A program made the translations under genes and the position numbers. Positions 26,693 to 38,732 of a stretch of DNA of 64,000 bases are shown here, in pieces (the first letter of the stretch is position 1; every line of letters begins with the position of its first letter). The notes under the pieces were generated by a model, which did no database searches, had not been told where the DNA came from, and was given only the letters and a program-made list of their open reading frames with translations. Origin of the DNA: Mobula hypostoma (taxonomy: Eukaryota); assembly GCF_963921235.1 (NCBI RefSeq), contig NC_086097.1:226860001-226924000 (forward strand), written 5' to 3'.

Positions 26693-27534
26693 GTGAGCAG
26701 TCTATTGAAAACGAGAATAAATTTGTAAAGAACAAAGATGCAAAGTGTCTTTTTAAATCTCATTTTAGCAAAATAAACTTCTGGAAGCTTGATGTTACTT
26801 TCTTTCTTTACCATGACGGATTGTACTGAATTGCTGATGCTGTCCACCTGTCCTGTGATGAACAAAGTTCCAGAAGTACATCTACAAAATGAACTCATCA
26901 TATGAGGTTCAACTGCAGATTTCTGGATGAATTGGTTGCTACGCACTTCAGACCCTCTTGCAAAGATTTGGAGTGCTTGTTTACCCCTTGATGCCAAATT
27001 GAACTTTATTTCCTCATTTCAGATCTGTCTCAAAGATTTATTTTCTTTTTGCATTATTTCTGCTTCAGTGCAATTGTGCAATAAAATAAAGAAACTGAAT
27101 TTTCCAATGCCATTATTGAACATTGTACTCTGGGATTCTGGTTTGGAAAAGAGATGACTAATTATAGTTAAATCTTGACGGTATAACTTAATTAGAATTT
27201 TTGCCAAATTTCATAACTAACTCACTGGTTATACCACACTTTTCAAATGTATTTGTATCGGAGCAAAATGTTTTTTTCAGAGCTATTGTATATTTTTATA
27301 CTTTGGATAAGATATGAAACTCAATGCAGTACTGAGGAAGATAGTAGACTTCAGAGGTGGGATATAATAGACTACTGGTAGACAAAAAAAAAGAGTGAAG
27401 TACTGCGCTAGAGCAGGAAGAATAAGATAAAAGAATGTAAACTGAAATACAGAATTTTAAAGAGTCTGGAAGCCCATACTCTTCAGAATGATTAGTTTCA
27501 CTGCTTTTCCTGTCGCCTGGAACTTGCTTCTACC

Positions 27535-27975
27535 CTCAGATCACTTTATTAGGTACATAGGGATGGAACCCCTTATGGTATTCTGCTGCACATCCACTTC
27601 AAGATTCAAAGTACGCATTCAGAGATGCTTTTGTGTAACCCATAGTTATTTGAGTTACTGTTGCCTTGTTTGTTTAACCAATCTGGCCATTCCCTTCACT
27701 CCTCATGGTAACCAGGTGTTTTCACCCACAGAACTGCTGTTTACTGGATTTTTTTTTTGTTTTTTGCACCATTCTCAGTAAACTCTGGAGATATTTATGT
27801 GTGAATATCCCAGGAGATTGGTGTTTGGCAAGAACAATCATTCCACTGTCAAAGTCACTTAGATCACTGAACAACAACTGAATTTTGGCCATGTCTGCAT
27901 GCTTTTGTTCATTGATTGCTGATTGGATATTTGCATTAATGAGCAGGTGTACCTACTGAAGTGGCCATTAAGTGT
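27535..27975. mobile_element. Degenerate non-autonomous Tc1/mariner-like element
   Basis: Left CACTTTATTAGGTACA (~27542) and right TGTACCTACTGAAGTGGCCATTAAGTGTA (~27948-27976) form an imperfect inverted pair ending in TA. Confidence 0.55.
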
Positions 27976-28241
27976 ATATATTCTCACACAAATAAAAAAT
28001 GTAAATAAACAAACAGTCATTGAGTACTGATCAAAGGCTTCCTGCCACCTGCAAAATGCAACCTGCCACTATCATTATCTGCCTCCTGTCAACAAGTGAA
28101 TTTTGGAGCAAATTTGCCAATTTACTCTTGGCTTTAATAGTTCTGGCCAATCTCATGCAGAAAAAAAGAATTACTAGAGGAACACACATCAAAATTGCTG
28201 GTGAATGCAGCAGGCCAGGCAGCATCTCTAGGAAGAGGTAC

Positions 28242-28277
28242 AGTCGACGTTTCAGGCTGAGACCCTTCGTCAGGACT
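28242..28277 (-). ncRNA. Minimal type I hammerhead ribozyme motif
   Basis: Reverse complement AGTC-CTGACGA-AGGGTCTCAGCCT-GAAAC-GTC-GACT: stem I AGTC/GACT, core CUGANGA and GAAA, GUC triplet. Confidence 0.75.
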
Positions 28278-28886
28278 AACTGAAGGAAGAGTTAGTAAGA
28301 GATTTGAAAGTGGGAGAGGGAGATCCAAAATGATAGGAGAAGACAGGAGGGGGAAGGATGGAGCCAAGAACTGGACAGGTGATTGGCAAAGGGGACATGA
28401 GAGGATCATGGGACAGGAGGCCCAGGGAGAGAGACAAGAGGGGGGGAACCCAGAGGATGGGCAAGGGGTATAGTCAGAGGGACAGAGGGAGAAAAAGGTG
28501 AGTGAGAGAAAGAATGTGTGTATAAAAATAAATAACGGATGGGGTACGAGGGGGAGGTGGGGCATTAGCGGAAGTTAGAGAAGTCAATGTTCATGCTATC
28601 AGGTTGGAGGCTACCCAGACGGAATATAAGGTGTTGTTCCTCCAACTTGAGTGTGGCTTCATCTTTACAGTGGAGGAGGCCGTGGATAGACATGTCAGAA
28701 TGGGAATGGGATGTGGAATTAAAATGTGTGGCCACTGGGAGATCCTGCTTTCTCTGGTGGACAGAGCGTAGGTGTTCACCTGTCCAGCTCTTGGCTCCAT
28801 CCCTCCCCCTCCTGTCTTCTCCTATCATTTTGGATCTTACCCTCCCCCTCCCACTTTCAAATCTCTTACTAACTCTTCCTTCAGTG

Positions 28887-28922
28887 AGTCCTGACGAAGG
28901 GTCTTGGCCTGAAACGTCGACT
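28887..28922 (+). ncRNA. Minimal type I hammerhead ribozyme motif
   Basis: AGTC-CTGACGA-AGGGTCTTGGCCT-GAAAC-GTC-GACT, with palindromic ACGT in place of stem III. Confidence 0.78.
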
Positions 28923-29224
28923 GTACCTCTTCCTAGAGATGCTGCCTGGCCTGCTGCGTTCACCAGCAACTTTGATGTGTGTTGCTTGAATTTCCAGCAT
29001 CTGCAGAATTCCTGTTGTTTGCGAATTGCTAGAGGAACTTGGTGGGTGGAGCCAAAGGGTTAGTTGATGTTTGAGGTTGAGACCATGTACCACAATAGGA
29101 GTGACCAATCTCACACCTGGGGTCTTACTGAAAGCTTTATCAGCACCAGCCACACTGTCTTTATTGATACACTTAGTTAACTTCTGAAATATTGAGTCAA
29201 ATTATTCAGATAAGTATTGCTATG

Positions 29225-30672
29225 TATTCAACATGAGCCTGAGGCTCCGGAGGGTTCCTGTACTGTGGAAGACGTCCTACCTCGTCCCTGTGCCGAAGAC
29301 GCCACGCCCCAGCGGCCTCAATGACTACAGACCGGTGGCATTGACCTCCCACATCATGAAGACCCTGGAGAGACTTGTTCTGGAGCTGCTCTGGCCTATG
29401 GTCAGGCCACACTTAGATCCCCTCCAGTTCGCCTACCAGCCCTGACTAGGAGTTGAGGATGCCATCGTCTACCTGCTGAACCGTGTCTACGCCCACCTGG
29501 ACAAGCCAGCGAGCACTGTGAGGGTCATGTTTTCTGACTTCTCCAGTGCATTCAACACCATCCACCCTGCTCTGCTGGGGGAGAAGCTGACAGCGATGTA
29601 GGTGGATGCTTCCCTGGTGTCATGGATTCTTGACTACCTGACTGGCAGATCACAGTACGTGTGCTTGCAACACTGTGTGTCCGACAGAGTGATCAGCAGC
29701 ACTGGGGCTCCACAGGGGACTGTCTTGTCTCCCTTTCTCTTCACCATTTACACCTCGGACTTCAACTACTGCACAGAGTCTTGTCATCTTCAGAAGTTTT
29801 CTGATGACTCTGCCATAGTTGGATGCATCAGTAAGGGAGATGAGGTTCAGTACAGGGCTATGGTAGGAAACTTTGTCACATGGTGTGAGCAGAATTATCT
29901 GCAGCTTAGTGTGAAAAATACTAAGGAACTGGTGGTAGACCTGAGGACAGCTAAGGTACCGGTGACCCCTGTTTCCATCCAGTGGGTCAGTGTGCTAGGG
30001 GGTCAGTGTGGACATGGTGGAGGATTACAAATACCTGGGGATACGAATTGACAATAAACTGGACTGGTCTAAGAACACTGAGGCTGTCTACAAGAAGGGT
30101 CAGAGCTGTCTCTATTTCCTGAGGTCCTTTAACATCTGCTGGACGATGCTGAGGATGTTCTACGAGTCTGTGGTGACCAGTGCTATCATGTTTGCTGTTG
30201 TGTGCTGGGGCAGCAGGCTGAGGGTAGCAGACACCAACAGAATCAACAAACTCATTCGTAACGCCAGTGATATTGTAGGGATGGAACTGGACTTTCTGAC
30301 GGTGGTGTCTGAAAAGAGGATGCTGTCTAAGTTGCATGCCATCTTGGTCAATGTCTCCCATCCACTACATAATGTACTGGGTGGGCACAGGAGTACATTC
30401 AGCCAGAGACTCATTCCACCGAGATGCAGCACAGAGCGTCATAGGAAGTCATTCCTGCCTGTGGCCATCAAACTTTACAACTCCTCCCTTGGAGGGTCAG
30501 ACACCCTGAGCCAATAGGCTGGTCCTGGACTTATTTCATAATTTACTGGCATAATTTACATATTACTATTTAACTATTTATGGTTCTATTACTATTTATT
30601 ATTTAAGGTGCAACTGTAACGAAAACCAGTTTCCCCCAGGATCAATAAAGTATGACTGTGACTATGACTATG
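29225..30672 (+). mobile_element. 5'-truncated Rex1/Babar LINE (RT), few disablements, (TATGAC)n tail
   Basis: LVPVPK, NDYRPVALTSHIMKTLERL, DPLQFAYQ, STGAPQGTVLSPFLFTIYT, QKFSDD, RHRKSFLPVAIKLYN. Imperfect TSD AGATAAG..TGCTATG at 29208-29224 and 30673-30687. Confidence 0.92.
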
Positions 30673-30814
30673 AGATAAGATGCTATGCTGACCATCTGAA
30701 AGGAGACATAAAAGACTGCAAACATGAGAAAATCTGCAGATGCTGGAAATCCAAAGCAATGCAAACAAAATGCTGGAGGAACTCTAGCAGCTCCCAGATT
30801 TGCAAACCCTCAGA

Positions 30815-31135
30815 TTTATTTTGGGGGGTCGATGTGACTGATTTGTTCCATTTTTTTGTGTGGGCGGAGAGATTTGAGGGTTAATGTGCCTGTTCTGTTT
30901 TTGTTTGTTTTTTGTGTGGGGAAGTGGATTTGGGGGTTGATGTACCTGATTTGTTTTGCTCATTTTTTTGTGTGGAAGGAGAGATTTTGGGACTGATGTG
31001 CCTGATTTGTTTTGCTTGGTTTTTGTGCAAAAGGAAGGGTTTGGGGATTGATGTTCCTGTCCTGTTTTTGTTTGCTTTTTTGCGGGGAGGTGGGACTTGG
31101 GGGTTGATGATCGTACTGCCTTTCTTTTCTTTCCG
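30815..31135. repeat. Imperfect T/G-rich tandem repeat, unit roughly 45-50 bp
   Basis: About six recurrences of 'ATTTGGGGGTTGATGTGCCTG.TTTGTTTT...TTTTGTGTGG'. Confidence 0.7.
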
Positions 31136-33624
31136 TCCTTGGTTTCATGGCTAACTGGAGAATTGAAGAATTTCAGAGCTGTATACTTTGGTTAAAAAGT
31201 GAACCTTCGAATTGAGTCCTTTCGAAATTTGTCCAATAATTTTCTTATCACTGACGTCAGACTCCGAGATCTGTAATTGCTACCTTATTCCTACTGCCCT
31301 TCTTGAATAAAGCTATCACATTTGCTGACCTCCTGTTGTCTGATACCTTGATACCGCTAGCCAAAATTTAAAAATCTTTGTAAAAGCCCTATCAATTACT
31401 CCTCTTGCCTCCTGTCGCAACTGGTATAGATCTGATCAGGTTCTGTACATTTAGCCACCTATTCACTCTGCTTAGACTCTAGTACCCTTTTAGTAATAGA
31501 TTGTTCTGTAATTTCAATGTCTTGTGGCCTGATTTCTTCAATTATGATGTCTTTCATATTCATGTAAGGCCATATCTATGTTCTCTGGCTCTGTTAATCT
31601 TAATTACTCTCTTGCCTCAATACAGTTGCGAAATGGATTTTACTCCGTTTTTTTTTGCTAGTGTTATTTATTGGTTTCTGTTTGTCACCCAAATTTCTCT
31701 TCAAAGTAGTGTACCCCCACAGTACTTCCTATACTCTGGCAGCCCTTCCCTTTTTCAGTTCTCAATACTTGGCATTAGCTTACTTTTAAAATTTATTACT
31801 ATTCATCCTTGATACCCAGTATTCCTTAGACTTGTTGTTCTTACCTTGCACCTTAATGGGAACACTAGATCCTGAACTCCTAATTTCATCAGAATCAAAA
31901 TCAGGTTTATTGTATTTTTGCATAACCGTCATTTGTTGGATGTAGACTAACCTGCAAGTAAGTGCTGCCAGTCTACTTTTGTCAAGATCTGACTTGTAGT
32001 TGTGTACTTATCAGTTGGGTGTCAATCAACAAGCAATTTCTTTCATTAAAATTCGATTAAAAATCATTTTATTCAGCTACAATCAAAATCTGCACCTTCT
32101 TTCACCATTATTTAAATTTAATAGTGACTTGCATAACAAAAATCTGTTGCCTATGATTGTTACAATTAAGTGTCGGGGTTTGCATGTAATTTATATCCAA
32201 AATGTTACTAAGAATGCCCATTTTCAGCTCTGCAGGTTTACTTGCTTTAATCAATCTTCCGCCATTCTGCTGAAATCTTATACAGTACAAATATCAGTTT
32301 GTAGATTCAATGATTGTCTCCTGGCTAAATCTCTGAAATTTAAATCTGTTGTGACTTTTGTCTTTGTCCGAGACTGATAGCTGTCTGTATCCTAACAAAT
32401 CAGAAGTAAAATCAAAGCTTTGTTGTCATGTAAATAAAGTTCCCTTCCCCCACCCCCATGCAAACAAATCAATAAATTGTTATAAAACCACCAATCTGCC
32501 ATTACCTTTTTCTTTTTATATCACAAAGACAATGGAGATGCTGTAGTTTGAAGAGATATTATATACATATAAGAGGAGAGAAATTAAGGGGGTTTGCATC
32601 TTTCAAATCAGATATGTTTCATCCAAGTTTGGCAATTTATTCAGAACTGCTAAGAAATGCAAGGGAGGATCTGTCATTTCCCAATGGTGTTTGGGCATGT
32701 GAATGGTGCTGGAGATGTGCTGATTTTGTGCCATTATTCACAGAAAGGATACTGTATAAGGAAGTCTGAGTAATTAATAGCCTAACTGCAGTGGTTGTGA
32801 GGGACTATTATTTTGATGACATAGATTAGGTTATTGAGGTGCAGTGTTCTTGATATAGCCTGCAAGTACTTTAGCCAAGCTTTTGAAAAGATCTTATGTG
32901 GCAGATTACCAAAAATGTAAGAAGCTCAAAGGAAATGACAAGTGGTAAGAAGTGAACTCTAATATTTTACAATTGTTTTTGTGACTGGAAAACAGTTTCT
33001 CCAGGTATATTGTTGGTAGGATACAAAGGAGTGGCATTTTCATATCCCATGGGAGAGATTCTGGAAGTTGGCAAAACAGACATTAAAGATGGTTAAGAAG
33101 AAAAGCAGAATATTTTCTTTTATTAGCAGAGACATAGGAAAAGCAATTACCGGTATATGTCAATTGTAATAAACATGTTAGAGGACAATTTGGAATGTTG
33201 CTTATAGCTATTAAGTCAAAGAGTTGTGAAGCACAGAAATAAACCATTTTGTCCATCAACACTAATCTGCTATTCCCACGTTAGGACCATCTCCTTCTAT
33301 ACCTTATTTATGTGCATGTCTAAATTTCTTGTATGTATTATTTGTGTCTGATTCCTCTGGCATCACATTCCAGATATCAACTGTTTGTGTTTTTTTTGGG
33401 AAAGCAACTTGCCCCCAAGGTCTCCTTTAAATTTCCTACCCCTTAATTTAAAACTGTGTCCTCATGTTTTTGATACACTTGTGATAGGAGAATGATTTTG
33501 ACTACCTCTGCCTCTTATTCTTTTTAGGTCATCCCTCAGCTGCCTTCACCCCTGGGTAAACAAGCTCAGGCCATCACGGGATGGTTGACGAAAGCCATCA
33601 TTACATTTTTTTTGGAATATGTAC

Positions 33625-35985
33625 CTGCAATAACCATACAACAATTACAGAACGGAAACGGGCCATCTCAGCCCTTCTAGTCCGTGCCGAACTCTTACTC
33701 TCACCTAGTCCCACCGACCTGCACTCAGCCCATAACCCTCCATTCCTTTCCTGTCCATATAGCTGTCCAATTTAACTTTAAATGACAACATCGAACCTGC
33801 CTCAACCACTTCTGCTGGAAGCTCGTTCCACACAGCTACTACTCTCTGAGTAAAGAAGTTCTTCCTCATGTTACCCCTAAACTTTTGCCCTTTAACTCTC
33901 AACTCATATCCTCTTGTTTGAATCTCCCCCACTCTCAATGGAAAAAGCCTATCCACGTCAACTCTATCTATCCCCCTCATAATTTTAAATACCTCTGTCA
34001 AGTCCCCCTCTCAACCTTCTACGTTCCAAAGAATAAAGACCCAACTTGTTCAACCTTTCTCTGTAACTTGGGTGATGAAACCCAGGTAACATTCTAGTAA
34101 ATCTTCTCTGCACTGTCTCTATTTTGTTGACATCTTTCCTATAATTCGGTGACCAAAACTGCACACAATACTCACCGGTGCCTTGTACAATTTCAATATT
34201 ACATCCCAACTCCTATACTCAATGCTCTGATTTATAAAGGCCAGCATACCAAAAGCTTTCTTCACCACCCTATCCGCATGAGATTCCACCTTCAGAGAAC
34301 TATGCACCATTATTCCTAGATCCCTCGGTTCTACTGCATTCTTCAATGCCCTACCATTTACCATGTATGTCCTATTTTGATTAGTCCTACCAAAATGTAG
34401 CACCTCACATTTATCGCGTTAAACTCCATCTGCCATCTTTCAGGCCACTCTTCTAACTGGCCTAACTCTCTCTGCAAGCTTTGAAAACCTACTTCATTAT
34501 CCACAACTCCACCTATCTTAGTATCATCTGCATACTTACTCATCCAATTTACCACCCCATCATCCAGATCATTAATGTATATGACAAATAACATTGTTCC
34601 CAGTACAGATCCCTGAGGCACACCACTAGTCACTGGCCTCCAATCTGACAAACAGATATCCACCACCACTCTCTGGTGTCTCCCATCCAGCCACTGCTGA
34701 ATCCATTTTACTACTTCAATATTAATACCTAACGTTTGAACCTTCCTAACCAACCTTCTGTTGGGACCTTGTCAAAGGCCTTACTGAAGTCCACATAGAC
34801 AACATCCACCACTTTACCCTCGTCAGCTTTCCTAGTAACCTCTTCAAAACATTCAATAAGATTTGTCAAACATGATCTTCCATGCACAAATCCATGTTGA
34901 CTGTTCCTAATCAGACCCTGTCTATCCAGATAATTATATATACCATCTCTAAGAATACTTTCCATCAATTTACCCACTGCTGACGTCAAACTCACAGGCT
35001 GATAATTGCTAGGTTTACTCTTAGAACCCTTTTTAAACAATGGAACAACATGAGAAATATACCAATCCTCCGGCACCATGCCCGTTTCTAATGACATTTG
35101 AAATATTTCTGTCAGAGCCCCTGCTATTTCCACACTAACTTCCCTCAAGGTCTTAGGGAATATCCTGTCAAAAGCCGGAGACTTATCCACTTTTATATTC
35201 CTTAAAGGCTTCAGTACTTCCCTTTCTTTAATCATCACAGTTTCCATAACTTCCCTACCTGTTTCCCTTATCTTACACAATTCAATATCCTTACTGAATA
35301 CCGAAGAAAAGAAATTGTTCAGAATTTCCCCCATCTCTTTTGGCTCCACACATAGCTGTCCACTCTGATTCTCTAAGGGACCAATTTTATCCCTCACTAT
35401 TCTTTTGCTATTAATATAATGGTAGAAACCCTTGGGATTTAATTTCACCTTACTTGCCAAAGCAACCTCATATCTTCTTTTAGCTTTTCTAATTTCTTTC
35501 TTAAGATTCTTTTTACATTCTTTACATTCCTCGAGCACCTCATTTACTCCATGCTGCCTATATTTATTGTAGATATCTCTCTTTTTCCGAACCAAGTTTC
35601 CAATATCCCTTGAAAACCATGGCTCTCTCAAACTTTTAACCTTCCTTTCAACCTAACAGGAACATAAACATTCTGTACTCTTAAAATTTCACCTTTAAAT
35701 GACCTCCATTTCTCTATTACATTCTTTCCATAAAACAAATTGTCCCAATCCCCTCCTCCTAAATCCTTTCGCATTTCTTCAGAGTTAGCCTTTCTTCAAT
35801 CAAAAATCTCAACCCTGGGCCCAGACCTATCCTTCTCCATAATTATATTGAAACTAATAGCATTATGATCACTGGACCCGAAGTGCTCCCCAACACAATC
35901 CACCGTCACCTGACCTATCTCATTCCCTAACAGGAGATCCAGCACCGCCCCTTCTCAAGTTGGTACCTCTATGTATTGCAGCAAA
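33625..35985 (-). mobile_element. Young CR1 LINE, ORF2 3' part with 3' UTR
   Basis: ORFs 34729-35631, 34358-34753, 34119-34403 and 33705-34001 join into CR1 ORF2 (VVPLFKKG, QHGF, DFSKAFDKV, SGVPQGSVLG, SKYADDTK). Confidence 0.95.
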
Positions 35986-36383
35986 AAAAAATGCTGTGAT
36001 TTGCAAGCTATGGCCCAGAACTAGAAAGTGGATTTAAACTGAATAATCTTTTTTCAGGCTACTCAGTAACACCATGGGTGTACACACCCTAGAAAGACTG
36101 CAAGTGACTCAAGGACATTTGGGGATAGCTGATAAATGTTGTCAATCTACCCCCCCCCTCAAAAAAATGAATTTAAAAACCTGCAACTTTGTATGTTTTC
36201 TGAAAATAGTAGCAAATGCTTCAGTCTTCTGTACTTGTGCAGGCTCTGTTATCACTAATCATGAAGCTACTTGTTCCCATTAGTTTCTTGATTCCATTGC
36301 AGTTCATGACTGGATGAGGCAAAGCTTCAAAGCCGTTAGCTGATCCATTAATTTTTAAATCCCCTAACTCAGTATATAGTTTC

Positions 36384-38210
36384 TAAGTTCAAAGTAAATT
36401 TATTATCAAAGTACATACAGTTAATGTCACCATAAACAACCTGAACCCTGAGATTTGTTTCCTTGTGGGCATTTTCAGTAAGTTCATGAAGCATAATTGA
36501 ATCAACGAAAGACTGCACCCAACAGGATAGACAAACAATAGATTAGATTAGATTAGATTACGAGGACACTTGGTCCTCGTTTATTGTCATTTAGAAATGC
36601 ATGCATTAAGAAATGATACAATGTTCCTCCAGTATGATATCATAGAAACACAGGACAGACCAAGACTAAAACTGACAAAAACCACATAATTATAACATAT
36701 AGTTACAACAGTGCAAAGCAGTACTGTAATTTGATAAAGAGCAGACCATGGGCACGGTAAAAAAAAGTCTCAAAGTCCTAAGGCCTATCATCTCACGCAG
36801 ACGGTAGAAGGGAGAAACTCCGTGCCCTGAACCTCCAGTGCTGCAAACTTGCTGATGCAGCACCCTGGAAGCACCCGACCACAGCTGTCTCTGAGTCTGT
36901 CCGAAAACTTCGAGCCTCCGACACCGAGCACCATCTCTGCCAAGCGTTTCAACCCCGCCCCGGCCGCCGAGCAACAAGCAAAGCCGAGGACTCGGGGCCT
37001 TCTCCGGAGATTCCGGATCACACAGTAGCAGTGGCAGCGAAGCAGGCATTTCAGAAGTTTCACCAGATGTTCCTCTGTGCTCTCACGACTGTCTCCATCA
37101 AATCAGGATTGTGCATGGCACCCTACTTGACAGATAACAGATATCCATCACCGGAGGGGCCACTGCGCGCTGCGTCGGGCTGCCATCTTCTCCTCTAATA
37201 GTGTGTAAAAGACAACAAACTACAAATATAAAAGAAAAAAATGTAATAAATACCAAGAATATGAGATGAAGAGTCCTTGAAAATGAGTCCATAGGTTTTG
37301 GGAACAGTTGAGTGATGGGGCGAGTGAAGTTGAGTGAGATGATCCCCATTGGTTCAACAGCCTGATGATTGAAGACGAACAACTGTTCCAGAACCTGGTG
37401 CTGTGGGGCATTTCTGCAACTTAACATGCATTGTCATTATGTTTCAAATTAGTCTTGTATTAGTAACTGCTCATTTGAATTTTCATTGAACCAAGGATGG
37501 GAAGGCTTCAGACTTAGGCTTATGCTTTGATGTGATTGAAGTTACAAATCCACTTTTCTATGAAGGACTATTCATTCTCCACCCCATACTGAAGCGTACA
37601 CACTTTGATTAGGGTAAATCACAAAGGGTGTATAAAGTTAACCAGGTATATCAGTTTCTGGACCTGCTGTGTTTATTTTGTTAGGACTGTTGTAGCAGTT
37701 GCGGGATAGATTTGGAAACAGATAGAGAGCATTCCATCTCCCATGCGTAGGCCAGGACTACTAGCTGATCTAAGAGAGCTATTTTTGAAGTTCAAAAAAT
37801 TCAAAGCAAATTTATTATCAAAGTATGTATATGTCACCATGTACCATCTTGAGATTTACTTTTCTTGTGGGAATTCAAGAAGTACAATAGAATCAATGAA
37901 AAACAACACACAGCAAAAATGGAAGACACAACCAATGTATAAAAGACAGCAAACTGTAAATACAAAAAAAATCAAAATAATAAATAAGTATGCAACAAAT
38001 ATGAAAAAAATGAATTTGATAGTGATAATTAGATAGTCCTTGAAAATGCGTCCATAGATTATTGAATCAGCTTAGCGTAGGGTTGAGTGAAGTTATCCCT
38101 GTTGGTTCAGGAACCTGATGGTTGAGGGGTAATAACCGTTCCTGAACCTTGATATATATACCTGAGGCTTCTGTACCTTCCTAATGGCAGTAGTGAGGAG
38201 AGAGCATAGA
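36384..38210 (-). mobile_element. Two copies of a Rex1/Babar-like 3' remnant (about 36384-37410 and 37788-38210)
   Basis: Both begin TTCAAAG(T/C)AAATTTATTATCAAAGTA and share GTCCTTGAAAATG.GTCCATAG...CCTGATG. The first is interrupted by the 36541-37196 element. Confidence 0.65.
36541..37196 (-). mobile_element. Non-coding GC-rich retroelement (SINE-like) with 3' hairpin and (TCTAA)n tail
   Basis: GATTA repeats 36541-36560 and hairpin GAGGAC-ACTTG-GTCCTC. AATAG on both flanks. Related to 63331-63950. Confidence 0.7.
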
Positions 38211-38732
38211 TACAAAGATACTTTATTGATCCCAAAGGAAATTACAGTGTCACCGTAGCAGTGCACCGTAGGCGCTTGGTGTCAATTTACTGTGTGTTGG
38301 ATGTTCCTAATATGACTTTCTAAAACATAATTTCTCTTTTCCCTTTGGTGAAATAGAAATGGAAAATATTAAAAATTCTTAGCAGGTCAGTCAGCATCCC
38401 TGCAGAGAAATAGAATTAACATTTCAAGTTGGATTTGATTTGGTTTCAAGATACTGTGAAAATAAGAAGGAAGGAGCATGCAGAAAATTTATGATCTAAG
38501 AAAGCTGCAAATCTGAGAAGTAGAATTAATATTTGAAGTTAAAAAAGAAAATCATCTAGATGGCGGAATTCTAAACTAAAACAATGAAAATTCTGGAATA
38601 CTGTTTACTGAAATTGCCAAACTCTGAGTATGGTAGTCTATAATCTATTTCCTAAACTAGGTTCACTCGAACAGCACTGAAGAACTGCTGACCAACAAAG
38701 TTTTCCAGCATTCTCTGTTTTATTTCTGATTT

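Larger units (their letters stand above)
25880..26700. promoter_or_regulatory. CpG island, probable bidirectional promoter (PEX2 minus, coiled-coil gene plus)
   Basis: The only clearly non-repeat GC/CpG-dense block in the window. CCAAT at 26043, 26056 and 26267; E-box GTCACGTG at 26063-26070; CRE-like TGACGTA near 26236. Outward-facing donors: minus CAG|GTAAAA at 25996/25995 and plus AAG|GTGAGC at 26692/26693. Confidence 0.8.
28184..29022. mobile_element. Young Penelope-like insertion with inverted ~200-bp arms and 16-bp TSD
   Basis: Arms 28181-28382 and 28776-28983 are reverse complements. TSD GAATT(A/G)CTAGAGGAAC at 28168-28183 and 29023-29038. The GIY-YIG C-terminus 'EHLRSV...PVATHFN...LEEQHLIFRLGSLQP' reads on the minus strand. 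Confidence 0.9.

Noticed and set aside
26123..26728. 201-aa plus ORF as a single-exon gene
   Set aside because: The 5' part overlaps promoter motifs and starts at a non-ATG codon. The frame is better explained as splicing at 26692.
25999..26997. 332-aa minus-strand ORF
   Set aside because: Antisense read-through of the GC-rich island and exon 1. Low-complexity P/R/S content and no recognisable domain.
30815..31135. CRISPR-like spaced repeats
   Set aside because: Degenerate T/G-rich tandem units with no unique spacers or cas genes, in eukaryotic context.
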